Origin: Eledone cirrhosa | Lineage: Eukaryota | Direction of reading: 5' to 3' | DNA length: 64,000 bases | Assembly (NCBI GenBank): GCA_964016885.1 | Contig: OZ024740.1 | Span: 395,746,001 to 395,810,000, forward strand | In this document: positions 1 through 12,869 of the stretch, in pieces | Numbering within the stretch: position 1 is the first letter of the stretch | How the letters are laid out: the number at the start of each line of letters is the position of its first letter | The notes under the pieces: generated by a model | What the model was told of the DNA's origin: nothing | Databases searched by the model: none | Seen by the model: only the letters and a program-made list of their open reading frames with translations | Made by a program: the position numbers and the translations under genes

Positions 1-1967
1 ATTTTTTTAGTTTCAGAAGATTCCGTTAAGGGTGAAAGCAGCGATACTTTGGTCCGTGAAGACGTTCCCTGGCATTGAACGGGAAAAAGCGAAGATAATA
101 CGTCATTATGTGGAGCGGTGAGAACAATTACACGCAAAGACAAAACCACGTTTATGGTATAAATGAAGTTGTAGACTAATATTCTATTTAGGAAACCGAG
201 TGATTCTCGGCTTCAGAGTTAAGAATAATGTAAAAAAATTAATAGAATGGAAATGACAGAGATTATTGAAATCAATAATTAAATATATACATACACGCAT
301 CCATATACGTACATACATATGCAAACGCGAACACACCCGCCATGCATGCATAAACAAGCACGTACACATAAACACGCGCACACATACATAAACCCGCGCG
401 ACATCTGTACCCGCACACATACGAACGTATACACCAAATACACATAAAAAATATATATATGTGTGCGTGTGTGTATACAAATAATTATATAAACGTATAT
501 AAATATACACACATAAATACACATATAACCCACGCACACACATACCTACAGGTAAATACACATATGTTCACTAAAACACAATCAAAACACAAAGTACACA
601 TATACACACACCAAACACAAAAAAAGCATATACACATAACTATATACACATGTTCCAGTATATATAATATGATATATACACCTATAATAAATACAAGCAA
701 ATATACGTACGATAAAGTATACGTACCTTCACAAAACATACGGGTAAGGTATACTTACCTATACAAATAAGTAATGGTATAAACATAAAATATACTTAGG
801 TACCACATCAAGACGTAAATTATCCGCGTATTGTTCGTACTATCCGTTAGGGTATAATGTGGGGCTGTAATACAGGAAAGTTTTATGCAATTTATGTTTA
901 CAAGCCGAAATTGCCTCCGATATTTTGTTCAAGATGTGGTCATTGGTGTATAGTATTTCTAGGGCTTCGGCGGTGCAAAGATCTCATGGTCTTTTATTTC
1001 CGTTATACCATCTAGCTTTAGCTAGGATCTCCCAGTGTAACCCATATTGGGTGTGGTTGTCTTTTAGACTCTAGATATAAGCTGAAAGTGACGTCATATT
1101 CCTTCTTAAAGAGTTAAGAAAAAAATGGGTAAGCATGTAAAGACGTTGCTTGAATCTATTGGCGGTTAACCCTATGTAGGCCCTACGGGACGTGGGTGTT
1201 TCGACCTTACATTTGTAGACAATGTTACTGGAGAGGCATTTCCTGAATAGAGGGCAGTCAATCCGATTCCTACAATTACAGTTAGTTCTAGCTACCAGGT
1301 AGCACGTGTTCCTATGGCTAGGTAATTTAGCTAAATTTGAAGCAGTGATGTTATGTGCTAGGTTAGGAGTCGTAGGGTAAGATATTTTAATGGTATTTCT
1401 ATTAAAAATGTTATTATATTTATGTGCTGAAGGGAAATGCTTCTTAATAAGGGAGAGACAGATCTTAGCTAATGGTGTGGCCACCTCCATATTATATGGT
1501 GGGTTATACCATATAATTCGTCGGGATCTATTTTTCCTAGGTCTATTCTCGTACTCTGTATATGCTACCTTATCGACAAATCCACTCTGAGCAAGAGCTT
1601 CATTGTAATATATGGAATGGTCGGTGAAAATATGCTCGTTTGTAGATAGACGGGAAAGCCTCAAGGAAACGTTTCGTACCAGGTTCTTGGTTATGCTGGC
1701 ACGATGGTTAGAATGCTTACTTATGTAATTAAGCGTATCATTCGGCTTTCTATACGGGTAGTGCAAGCCATTCGACAAATTGAAGGTAACGTCGAGGTAC
1801 TTAACGAGCGAGAGGTTGGCCTCAACCTGTATGGAGAGGTTGAAGCCTTTAAAGAAGGCTGTGAGTTCTTTTCTGAACCTGTCGCAAGTGCACGGGCCAC
1901 ATTTTGTCATGGTCAAAAGACCATCGTTACGGTACAAACCACCGCCCGCATTGGGGAATTCTTCCTT
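1..1967 (-). mobile_element. 5'-truncated Penelope-like element (Naiad-like RT plus GIY-YIG), decayed
   Basis: ORF 1071-1937 contains YRNDGL, YLDVTFNL, IIWYNPPY, CNCR-CPL-C and IVYKC..YIG. The frame continues past stops to about 845. Confidence 0.85.
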
Positions 1968-2331
1968 GATATATATATATATATATTATATATTATATAT
2001 ATATTATATATATATATATATATATTATATATATTATATATTATATATATTATAAATATATATATATTATATATATTATATATTATATATATTATATTAT
2101 ATATTATATATATATATTATATATTATATTAGAATTGGCGCTCTGAAATAGCGATATATATATGAATGTATATATAGTGTATTTTGCAATACACTGCATT
2201 TCGAAGACCTTACGCTATTGTTTTAGAGTAGTGACAGTCTCACTTATTTTAAATTTTCGGCAAACAAGGGAGATAAAGCTGACAGAGCTCTGTTTCGTAC
2301 TGATTGGTACTTATCAACAGGTGGAGTACTT

Positions 2332-2376
2332 GGCTTTGATAAGTACCAATCAGTACGAAACAGAGCTCTGTCAGCT
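2332..2376 (+). ncRNA. Hammerhead ribozyme, U3-A8 core variant, in fold-back element 2131-2506
   Basis: ggct-TTGATAA-gtac-caatca-gtac-GAAA-CAGAGCTCTG-TC-agct. Helix III is palindromic. The flanks are homologous to the 310-bp unit (gctctgaaatagcgatatata, gaagacc). Confidence 0.75.
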
Positions 2377-2544
2377 TTATCTCCCTTGTTTACTGAAAAT
2401 TTAAAGTAAGTAAGACTGTCACTACTCTAAAACAATAGCGTAAGGTCTTCGAAATGCTTTTAATTAAGCACACAGTGTATTGCAAAATACACTATATATA
2501 CATTCATATATATTATATATATATATATGATATATTATATATAT

Positions 2545-2638
<94 letters not shown>

Positions 2639-3119
2639 ATATATCATATATATTATATATATTATATATATATATATATTACTAAAACAGAGAATGTTTG
2701 TTTGTCTGTCTGTCTGTACAATCACTAAAACTCGAGAACCACCCAACCGATTGTTTTCAAACACATTAATACTTACGGTCCTATTGAGTGTTCTGAGCAA
2801 AATAAATTCAAATTTTCAATGCTCTAGGGACCGCATTAAGCGATTTAGTGATCTCTTTCTCTCTCTCTCTTAGTCTTTCTCTTTTTAGATAGATACATAG
2901 ATATTACGTCGCACCCTTATAATATGTCTGTATGCCTGACTATCTGCATTACGTCATTATGACGTGATCAGAGTGTGTGTGTGTGTATATGTATATATAT
3001 ATATATTCTTATGCCAGGGAACGTTTTCACGAACCAAAGTATCGTCTTCCGGTTTTCCTTCGGTTGTAACGTTTTTCGAAATATTTACATCTGCGTTCAC
3101 AGATTGATTTTTTAATTTT

Positions 3120-3170
3120 AGTTTCAGAAGATCCCGTTAACGGTGAAAGCAGCGATTCTTTGCTTAAACT
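3120..3170 (+). ncRNA. Hammerhead-like motif with CAGAAGA (U4A) core; copies at 9-45 (partial) and 29606-29656
   Basis: agttt-CAGAAGA-tc-ccg-ttaa-cgg-t-GAAA-GCA-gcgattctt-TGC-TT-aaact. All three helices pair. Confidence 0.6.
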
Positions 3171-3181
3171 TTAATCTGTTA

Positions 3182-3217
<36 letters not shown>

Positions 3218-3424
3218 ACGAACCCACAACATACACACGTCAACATACTTACCTACATCAGCATACATCTCTACCCACATATAAACACAATGACATACGC
3301 AAACACACATGTTCTATGGTGCAACACAAATATACACAAATTTACATACCTTTTGATGTCTATAGATATAAACGTGCCGACACGCACACATACATAAACG
3401 CACACATGCATTGCACACTGATGG

Positions 3425-3705
3425 GCACATACATATTTGTACACAAGTATTCCAATACGGCAAGGCCTAATGAATTCCCCTTGCAGTACGTACAATCTGG
3501 ACACACTCCAGATACATATTTGTGTACAGGTATATAATTTCTGGACACACTCCAGATACATGTGTACAATTTGTACACAAGTATACAACTTGTGCACGGG
3601 TATACAATTTCTGGACACACTCCAGATACATATTTGTGCACAGGTATTCCAATACAGCAAGGCCTTATGGATTCCCCTTGCAATACGTACAATATGGACA
3701 CATTC
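3425..3705. repeat. Imperfect tandem repeat
   Basis: Recurrent ctggacacactccagatacat. Confidence 0.7.
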
Positions 3706-4647
3706 ACACACACCTTGGTATTATGCCAATACTATATATCATTTCACACCTTTTATTATTAAGGTTTTTGATGTTCTATTGAGAGAATCGATTTTACTGA
3801 AAATATCGAATAATGTACACCATTTTACCAGAAATAAATACTGGTCCACCCACACACACACACACATTCTCACACACACACACACATATATACACACACA
3901 CATACACACGCGTACATTAACACACACAGAGACATATACACACACACACACACTTCTCCGTATAAGACAAGAGCTGAGAAATATCTTTTAACATGTTAAA
4001 ATATCCCCCACACACTTACAGACACATTCCTACTGACCATCCCTCTACCACGAATTACTCTGCTACACACACACACACACACACACACTTATCTTAATAG
4101 GCATTTGAACTGTCAACAGGCTGCGGGTCGCACACACATCCCTGTTGACTATTATCACAACAACGAACCTCTTTACTACTACTACACACACACACACACA
4201 CATATTTGTTTTGAAAGACTTATTTCTCAGTGACTTCTCAATCACCCGACACAAACCTACATTTGGCGCAAAATCAACTTTTAACATTCACATGACCTCT
4301 ACCGACCAATCAAAATTGTTTTGACCACAAGAATTTTTGAAACACGAATTGGCGCAAAACTTATTTTAATACCGCTGGAGCCACTTTTTTAACATAAAAA
4401 CAGGTAGAATTCCCAAAACTAATCAGATCAGAGCAAACATCACGGACGCTCTATCTCAAAATTATTTTTGAAAAGCATTAGAAATGCGCAACCGGTAAAA
4501 CTTAAAACCAAAACTGAATACTAACCAATTCTATTACTAATTCTCATTTATTCCTAATTAAACTATTTTTCACTGTGAACAATTTGTCAGTATTTTCTTT
4601 TCCGTTTACCAATATATCATAACTTGTGTGTTACACCTCTATTCTTT

Positions 4648-4734
<87 letters not shown>

Positions 4735-4934
4735 AGATAAATCTACCAAGAGTTTACGGTAGTGTCCAATCCGTATGAAGAACTCAATGTAATCCGGATA
4801 TCATGGAAAGAAGAGATGCATTCAAAAATCACTTTCGGTGAAAGATAAACGGAATACAGAGTCAAGATAAAGTATTAAAAAAATAATGAATAAAACAATG
4901 AAACAGTTCCTTATATTAAACAAAAAAAGTTCAT

Positions 4935-4996
4935 TATTTAACGATCGTTTCTAGGACATATATGTGTTAGAATTGGCATGCATATTCAACAGAATA
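4935..4996 (-). ncRNA. Degenerate hammerhead motif
   Basis: The minus strand reads tatt-CTGTTGA-...-GAAA-CGATCG-TT-aaata, with core A6 mutated. Confidence 0.4.
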
Positions 4997-5018
4997 TATA
5001 TATATATATATATATGTT

Positions 5019-5049
<31 letters not shown>

Positions 5050-5054
5050 CTATA

Positions 5055-5108
<54 letters not shown>

Positions 5109-5295
5109 ATCAAAAGATGGTTAAATGAGTTCCATTATTTTATTATGCGCATTTCAAAAACAAATATCATCATGCAATAACATTTGTGTTTTCATCAGAT
5201 AAAATAGGAGGACATGATATGAAGGTTAAAAACACTTGTGGATAGTGCAGTTTTAAATCAACATATAACCATTTAACCTTCATATCATGTCCTCC

Positions 5296-5366
5296 TATTT
5301 TATCTGATGAAAACACAAATGTTATTGCATGATGATATTTGTTTTTGAAATGCGCATAACAAAATA
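5296..5366 (+). ncRNA. Hammerhead ribozyme in a Penelope pseudo-LTR fold-back (5105-5492); inverted copy at 5136-5206 (-)
   Basis: tattttat-CTGATGA-long helix II-GAAA-TGCGCA-TA-a(c/t)aaaata. The same sequence forms the 3' end of the Penelope element at 41058-43390. Confidence 0.8.
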
Positions 5367-5489
5367 CATGGAACTCATTTAACCATCTTTTGATCTTATA
5401 TATTATGTATACTCCAGTCCTACAAACTGTAGAGTGCTTCTTATCCGATATCTGCATTGCTTTATTGTACTACAATAAAACTCACCTCC

Positions 5490-5526
<37 letters not shown>

Positions 5527-5813
5527 GTGTACAGATATTTGCGCATACACAATTACAAAATATAAACAAAAGTATTTATTTCACGATAAAGTATTGATTT
5601 CCTTCGCACGGAAAAAAACCCTGGTAATGTATGACGAAAATTATGTGTTGGATTCTTATAGAATTCCAGTAATAATCAGGAACTGATTATACAGAGCGGT
5701 CGCCGGTCCAGCAGAAATTGAAAATTAGAATTGGTGCTCTGAAATAGTTCCTGGTTATTACTGGAATTCTATAAGAATCCAACACACATAATTTTCAGCA
5801 AGCAGGGGTGGTT

Positions 5814-5864
5814 ATGAACTTTGATAAGTACCAAAAAGTACGAAACAGACCTCTGTCAGTTTAT
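5814..5864 (+). ncRNA. Hammerhead ribozyme, U3-A8 core variant, in element ~5637-5990
   Basis: atgaact-TTGATAA-gtac-caaaaa-gtac-GAAA-CAGACCTCTG-TC-agtttat. The upstream inverted piece (gagcggtcgccggtccagcagaaattg) matches the 310-bp unit. Confidence 0.75.
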
Positions 5865-6020
5865 CTACCCTGTTTGCTGAAAATTTAAATATGAAATTGT
5901 CACTATTTTAAAACAATAGCGTATGGTTTTCAAAATGCTTTTAATTAAGCATACAGTGTATTGCAAAATACACTATATATACATTCATATATATATATAA
6001 TATATATTATAAATATATAT

Positions 6021-6109
<89 letters not shown>

Positions 6110-6117
<8 letters not shown>

Positions 6118-8689
6118 AAAAAATGTGTGCGTAAGTACATACATGAGGGCAAGCATATCAGTGTATGTGTGACCACAAATACGTATATAATATATGTTGA
6201 AAAAAGAAATTGTAAGATAATAGAGTTAATGTACATACAGACTCAGGGACTAAGGATTGAAATATATACACATACAAGTATGAAAGCACGCGTATAAACA
6301 CACACGCGCAACCACATACATGCAAGTGATATATACAGGGAAGGGAGTGTATCAGTCAAAGCAGTGTCAGACTGAAGGTCGGTACATATATAAAAAATAT
6401 AAAATATGAAAATGAAAAAATGAAAAAATATATGAGAATAAAAAAAATTAAATCAAAGAGAAAGTAAGAGGGAGGGGTTATCAATTATAAAGTAACACTA
6501 GAAAAAATAGAAAACATACATAGGTTCGTACACACACATATATATATATAAAAATATATATATAAATACGTACAGACAAAAGCATATACATGCGTACATA
6601 CATACAAAAGCGTGCATATATACACACGAAGCACATATATATATGTAAAAAAACATAGATATAAAAACACACATACACACACACATATACACATACACGC
6701 GCACATACGAATGCATTCGTATACATATACAAACACGTATACACACACATGCACACTTACACGCATACATACAATATAAAAACCAGCCGTATGAATAAAT
6801 GAGTACAAATTATATGCAAGTAAACATACATAAAAGCGGCTGAGGGACAACAGAATATATCTGGAGTTGAAAACGCAAGTGACATGAGATATCAGGTAGT
6901 GAAAGAAAAGGGAGAAGTAAAATATGTAAAATTGTGAAGATATAAAGTAAGTGAATCAAAAAGCAGGGGTCACTGGTGGATGTGAAGTAAAAATAAAGTT
7001 AAAAATAAAAATAAAAGTAAATCAGAAAGAGAAGTCTGTAAAGAGGGTAATTTAAGGAAAGTGAAGAACAAGAGTTTATGGAGGATAAGTATCTGAAAGT
7101 TAGTTAAGTTTATATGAGCTGGAAAGCAAGTGTGATTTCATGTGTGGGCAACTGGTGAAAATTTCTGTTTTTGCATTTAGGCAGGTTTTTAGTGATTTAA
7201 GGTTCTGTAAAATCCAATATGTTTCACTTATGCAGAGTGCGCATCTTTTTGTTCCTCTTGCATATTCTTTAGATTGGTTCAAAATTGACCAATCTAATTT
7301 ATATTGGATACCTTGGTCTTTCAAATCCTATATTCTGCTAGCCAAAGCTGTTGTAAATCTTTTTTCAGGATGTCGGAAAGATGCGACATGTGAGTAATAA
7401 CGCGTTTTGAATTTGTCTTGTGTCATACCCACATATCGTTCGCTGGTAGGTTGTTGCAAGTGGTTGTCACTTTAGTCGCATATACAATGGCTTTGGTGTT
7501 GCATTTACCTTGTAATGGGCATTCACTTTTGACTCTACAGGAGTAATGTTGATGTTCTATGGGTATTTTCTTATTGAGGATATAAGATTTAATAGGGGGA
7601 CCGCAGGAGTAGCTGATTTTGACACAGTTGAAGATCTTATAGTATCTATGTGTTCTAGGGAAATGTTTATCTAAGAGCTCTAGGAATTTTTTGCCTACAT
7701 TAGTTTTAACTGCTAAAGAGTAGGGGGGTGTGAACCAGATTATTTTTCTTTTCCTATTATTATGTTTAAAGGAGTTAGTATTGTTGGGTATGTACTTAAT
7801 CGGTTCGCTAAATCCACTATTTTGAAGGGCTTTATTATAATAGGAGGATGCCTTATTGAAAATAGCTTCTGAGGAAGAGAGGGTGGAGATCCTACGGCTA
7901 ATATTAGGCATAAGATTTTTAAAAACTATAGGAGGATGGCAAGAGCCTTTATTTATATATTTTTAATTTTCATTAGGTTTATGGTACGGTTTATAAGAAG
8001 CAGTAGGCAAACCTAGGTTTATATCTAGAAAATTAACATTAGAAAGGTTAGTGTCAATAGTAATTTTAAGATTAAAACGAGCGAAGGTTTTTATTAAGTC
8101 TTTCCTGAATCTACCTAAGTTATGGCCTATAGTGGTATGGGAAAGTATTAGACCATCGTCGCGATAAAGCCCAAAGGTATGGTTAGGGAATTTCTCTTTA
8201 AGTGTGTGTAGGAGGAATAGGCCGACTAAATCACACACGTCAGCACTGTCAAAAGAACCCATTGAGACATCGAATGGGTTCTCTGGGTTAGATTTTTTAC
8301 CCAAGTGTCATTATTAGTAAGTAGTAAAGTGTTTCTAACATGCAAAATGACATTCTCTTCAATATTAGAAATATTGATAAACTTTCTAGCGAAATTTAAG
8401 GCTTTCGTTAAAAGAGGGTGAGTAATAGACGGGTAGCCGTCTACAATGTCAAATTGGGTGAATCTAGAACTATTTTTATCTTTAATATTATTAAACCAAT
8501 GTACTACGGAAGAGCTATTTATCCATTGGAGTAATTCAGACTTACTTCTAATATGTTTGTTTATATTATTTAATATTTTTTTGCTAGCAAGACCAATTTC
8601 AGTCTTAGCAGGGTTGATTAATCTACAACTAGGACGATTAATAAAATCAGGTTTGTGATCTTTGAGGGTGATATAGGCATTACGTTTGG

Positions 8690-8690
<1 letters not shown>
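6110..8690 (-). mobile_element. Penelope-like element (Naiad-like), frameshifted
   Basis: ORF pieces 7963-8304 (MGSFDSADVCDLVG, GLYRDDGL), 7423-7911 (IIWFTPPY, CPLQGKC) and 7100-7324 (CALC, CPH). The 3' boundary is approximate. Confidence 0.8.
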
Positions 8691-8742
<52 letters not shown>

Positions 8743-9346
8743 TAAAGTTAAATCTATTGAACATATTTCTGAATTTGAGATTGGTTATAGCACACACACA
8801 CTTTATCCTACATTATTTTTCACTTCTCCATATTCATTTTCATTACTTTTTCACCAATTTTTCATTTATTCTTTATTCTCTATTTATTTATTTTCAAATT
8901 ATACAAATTATATTAATTATTTTATTATATTATTTATTTTCTGTTTTCTTCATTTATTGCCTTATATTTCTTCATATACATGGAAGAATCCCCCCCCCCC
9001 CCCACCACCACCACCACCACCACCACCACAAACACCACTAAGATAGATGGTGGCAGGAGGGATGAAGAAAAAACATACACTGGATACTTCTAAATTGTTA
9101 GCAGCAGCAAGACATAAGCTGACCACAACACCAACAACACTACCAAAATAATGGTAGAGGTCAAATGTACTTAACAATAGCAAACACAAACACTACAGGG
9201 AGCCTCACCCCAGAAAGAATTCTATAGACTTCTGACTGAGGAATGCTCTGAGAACTGACCAATGGGAAGTTTGACACTTTTTTTGTTATTTTGTTCCTTT
9301 AACACCTTGTCCCTTCTACCATTTTATCAATTTTTTAAGCTAACTA

Positions 9347-9428
<82 letters not shown>

Positions 9429-9792
9429 AAGAACATAAGATGATTATTTCATTTACCAGTGGTTTCTTGAAAGCAAATAAATCTGCTTTCAGTCATGTAT
9501 GTAATTATATGTTACCATACATATCCCTTTTTCTTTGTTTTTACTATCATCTCTCTTTCCTTTTCTCTCTCTCCTCCTGTTAGCCCTCTCCATCTCTCAT
9601 TTGTTCCTTCTATAATAAGGAGGTATACATATTTTATTATTTAAATTCTTAACAGTTATGTAGTTTTATGTTTATATTTATTACATGCCTTTATATATAT
9701 TTATTATTATATATTTTTATACACATTTTCCTACGTACCCTCTTTATTATATGTAATTTTTCAGCACAGTTGAGGTATGTCAGACATCAATT

Positions 9793-9858
9793 TATTTTAT
9801 CTGATGAGGACGTACTGATGAAATAGCTCAGTACCTCTGAAATATGTATAATAAAATA
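9793..9858 (+). ncRNA. Hammerhead ribozyme 1 of element 9423-10210
   Basis: tattttat-CTGATGA-gga-c-gtactga-loop-tcagtac-c-tct-GAAA-TATGTA-TA-ataaaata. Confidence 0.75.
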
Positions 9859-10055
9859 TATTTGAACACATGAATGTCTATATTTATTAATATTTTGAAG
9901 TAATATATATGTATATGTGTGTGTGTGTGTGTGTGTTTATATACTTTTATATTTATTATCTTTTTCTCTTTATTTTCTTCTTCCTTCAGCCTCACTGTCA
10001 TATTTCTAATATTTTTGTTTTTCAAATCCACATTCAATAAAAACACCAGGATGTT

Positions 10056-10115
10056 TTTCATTCTGACGACTGAAAGCTGATTTATTTGCTTTCAAGAAAC
10101 CACTGGTAAATGAAA
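10056..10115 (+). ncRNA. Hammerhead ribozyme 2 of element 9423-10210
   Basis: tttcatt-CTGACGA-c-tgaaagc-loop-gctttca-a-GAAA-CCACTGG-TA-aatgaaa. An inverted partial copy lies at 9423-9494. Confidence 0.8.
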
Positions 10116-10332
10116 TAATCATCTTATGTTGTTTATTACATAAATAAGCTCTGTAACCTACATAGAGCACTCTTTTTTCCTGGACCTTTCCGACGGAATT
10201 ACTTCATTCACACATATATATATCATATATATATATTATATATTATATATATATATTATATATATTATATATATATATATTATATATATTATATATATAT
10301 ATTATATATTATGTGTATATATATATATATAT

Positions 10333-10374
<42 letters not shown>

Positions 10375-10402
10375 CTTTAAACTATCTCTGTTATTGTATT
10401 AA

Positions 10403-10440
<38 letters not shown>

Positions 10441-10446
<6 letters not shown>

Positions 10447-12045
10447 ATACTTTGGGAGGGTCATGTTGCCAATAAGAAACACACGCATCAGTTGCTTTCA
10501 CTCCAATTTATTATAAATTAAATTTATAAATTTAAGAAATTTGTAAATTTCCGGCTGGTTGGTTGGTTGGTTCCACAACCGGACGGTTGTTCATATATTG
10601 TCAAAGTTCTTTCGTCACACATTCTGTAAAATCTTCAGTGACTGGGGATTCTTTTCTTTGTTTTATGCCTCTCCTTTGTTCTGTCCTACGCCATCTTGTT
10701 TTTGTGTGTGTTGTGTGCTTAATTTGCGCATGTGTTACATCCGGGTGTCTGTGTGTGTTTTTATTTGTTTATTTATTTGTTTATTTACATGTTACTAGTT
10801 GGTTGTTTGTTCTATGTGTGTGTGTTTTCATTTTGTCCTTAATTGTAAGTTGTGATGTTGCTATTCCATTCATGTTTCTGGTTACAATCAGAGAGATAAA
10901 ATCAGAGTATATTGAGGAGCCAGAACCAAATGGGAAAAAATGGTAAATAATGATACAAATGTGACCTGCCCCTTGTATAGGACCACATTTTGGAATAGAA
11001 TAGAAAGAACTAGGAATAAGGTTAATAGAATAAACTCATGGTAAGATAGCAATAAATACCAGACTGTAATGTTCATCAATACAACCCCTAGAGGTGAACT
11101 AGCTTACAAATTTAGAAGGACCCTAGATAAACTTAAACTAAATATTAAGATAGTGGAAAGACCAGGTACCTCCATAAAAACACTTATTAGTAATACATAC
11201 CCTTTTCAAAGACCTCCCTGTATAGATAAGAAATGTATAATCTGTAAATTAAGCCCCCATATTAACTGCAAAACTAGAAACATAGTATATAGCATAAGAT
11301 GTACTGAGGGACAATGTAAAGATAAGAATATAGTGTACATAGGTGAGACAGCTCTTAGTATAGGAGAACGGTTAAATGAACACTGGCGAGAGCTTCAAGA
11401 TAGAAAAGAATCATCAGTACTCCACCAACATGATAAAATAGAACATAAGGGCAAATTAGAGAAAATAGAAATAAAAATAAAATCTACACACAGAAAAGAC
11501 GCAATGTTTAGACAAATCACAGAAACAATAAACATAAATGAACTCCAACCATAATTAAATAGAAAACATGAATGGAATAGCAACATCACAACTTACAATT
11601 AAGGACAAAATGAAAACACACACACATAGAACAAACAACCAACCAGTAACATGTAAATAAACAAATAAATAAACAAATAAAAACACACACATACACCCGG
11701 ATGTAACACATGCGCAAACTAAGCACACAATACACACAAAAACAAGATGGCGTAGGACAGATCAAAGGAGAGGCACAAAACAAAGAAAAGAATCCCCAGA
11801 CACTGAAGAGGTCACAGAATGTGTGACGAAAGAACTTTGACAATATATGAACAACCGTCCGTGTGGAACCAACCAACCAACCGGAAATTTACAAATTTAT
11901 AAATTTAATTTATAATAAATTGGAGTGAAAGCAACTGGTGCGTGTGTTTCTTATTGACAACATGACCCTCCCAAAGTATAACAATATCGGTTTCAACACA
12001 CGTTTTCAGATAAAGAATCTTGCTAAACAAATTCAGAAATGAAAT
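10441..12045 (+). mobile_element. Truncated Penelope-like element with inverted pseudo-LTR
   Basis: ORF 11069-11554 is a GIY-YIG domain (IVYSIRC, VYIGET). 10441-10875 is an inverted copy of ~11570-11986, and the 3' end extends about 60 nt further. Confidence 0.85.
11799..11841 (+). ncRNA. Minimal hammerhead in a Penelope pseudo-LTR (relatives on - strand at 10600-10642, 46743-46784, ~51433-51474)
   Basis: CTGAAGA-g-gtcaca-gaatg-tgtgac-GAAA-GAAC-TT-tgac. The relative at 51.4 kb shows covariation in helix II (gttgca/tgcaac). Confidence 0.65.
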
Positions 12046-12188
12046 ATATATATATATATAAGTTCATCCCGGGTTCAATCGGGGGTAACCACAGTAAGTA
12101 AGGTACTCAATACAAAGCAGAGTATAAATATTTAATATAGAATAGCTTCTACAAGACTAGAACTGTTTCATTCATGAGAATCATCATA

Positions 12189-12209
12189 TCTATAAATATA
12201 AAACTGAGG

Positions 12210-12297
<88 letters not shown>

Positions 12298-12665
12298 CCC
12301 GAAAACTCGAGAAGTACCCAACCGATTTTTTTCAAACATTACATGTGTATTACTTATGTTTCAGGGAGTGTTATGCACATAAAATTTTGATCCCCTAGGT
12401 TTTTAGGGCTTTTTTGAGGCGTTACGTCTAGCCGATTTTCCCGAAATTTCAAGGTATATTATGCACATAAAAAAAATTCATTTTCTTGATCCCCTAGAGG
12501 CCGCATTAGGTGAAAACCTGTATTTTTCCTGCTTCATCGAGGAAAATCTTAGAGATTATCCAGCCATCAGAGTATTCGGTTTATTTTCTTTACATATTGT
12601 CCAGGCATGCAGTTTTTCCACGATTAGATCTGTTGGCGGCCCGCGTTCCAAAATACCACTGCTAG
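12189..12665 (+). mobile_element. Non-autonomous Helitron
   Basis: 5' TC(tataaatataaaa) and 3' CTAG, inserted between A and T, with internal (GT)n. A second copy lies at 53152-53610. Confidence 0.7.
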
Positions 12666-12869
12666 TATATATATATAACTATATCTCTATCTAGGGCAGG
12701 TAAAATTCCCGAGATCCATGGACAAGTTCTCTCTAGCAGTCTCTGTCCCTCATCATCGCTGCCATATTCTGCGTCTCCAAGAGACCAGTGTCTGTCCTTA
12801 GGGCATCAACATATGTCAACCTCAGTCTCCTTCTTCCAGTGTTTCTTCATTGCTGTAGTGGAGTCTGTA

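Noticed and set aside
191-215. Hairpin gaaaccgag-tgatt-ctcggcttc as a hammerhead
   Set aside because: The CUGA-like and GAAA elements fall on opposite strands or in the wrong order.
12156-12187. Partial hammerhead-like motif on the minus strand (tgatga-ttc-tcat-gaa-t-gaaa-cag)
   Set aside because: It is truncated by the adjacent Helitron, so C3 and the 5' strand of helix I are missing.
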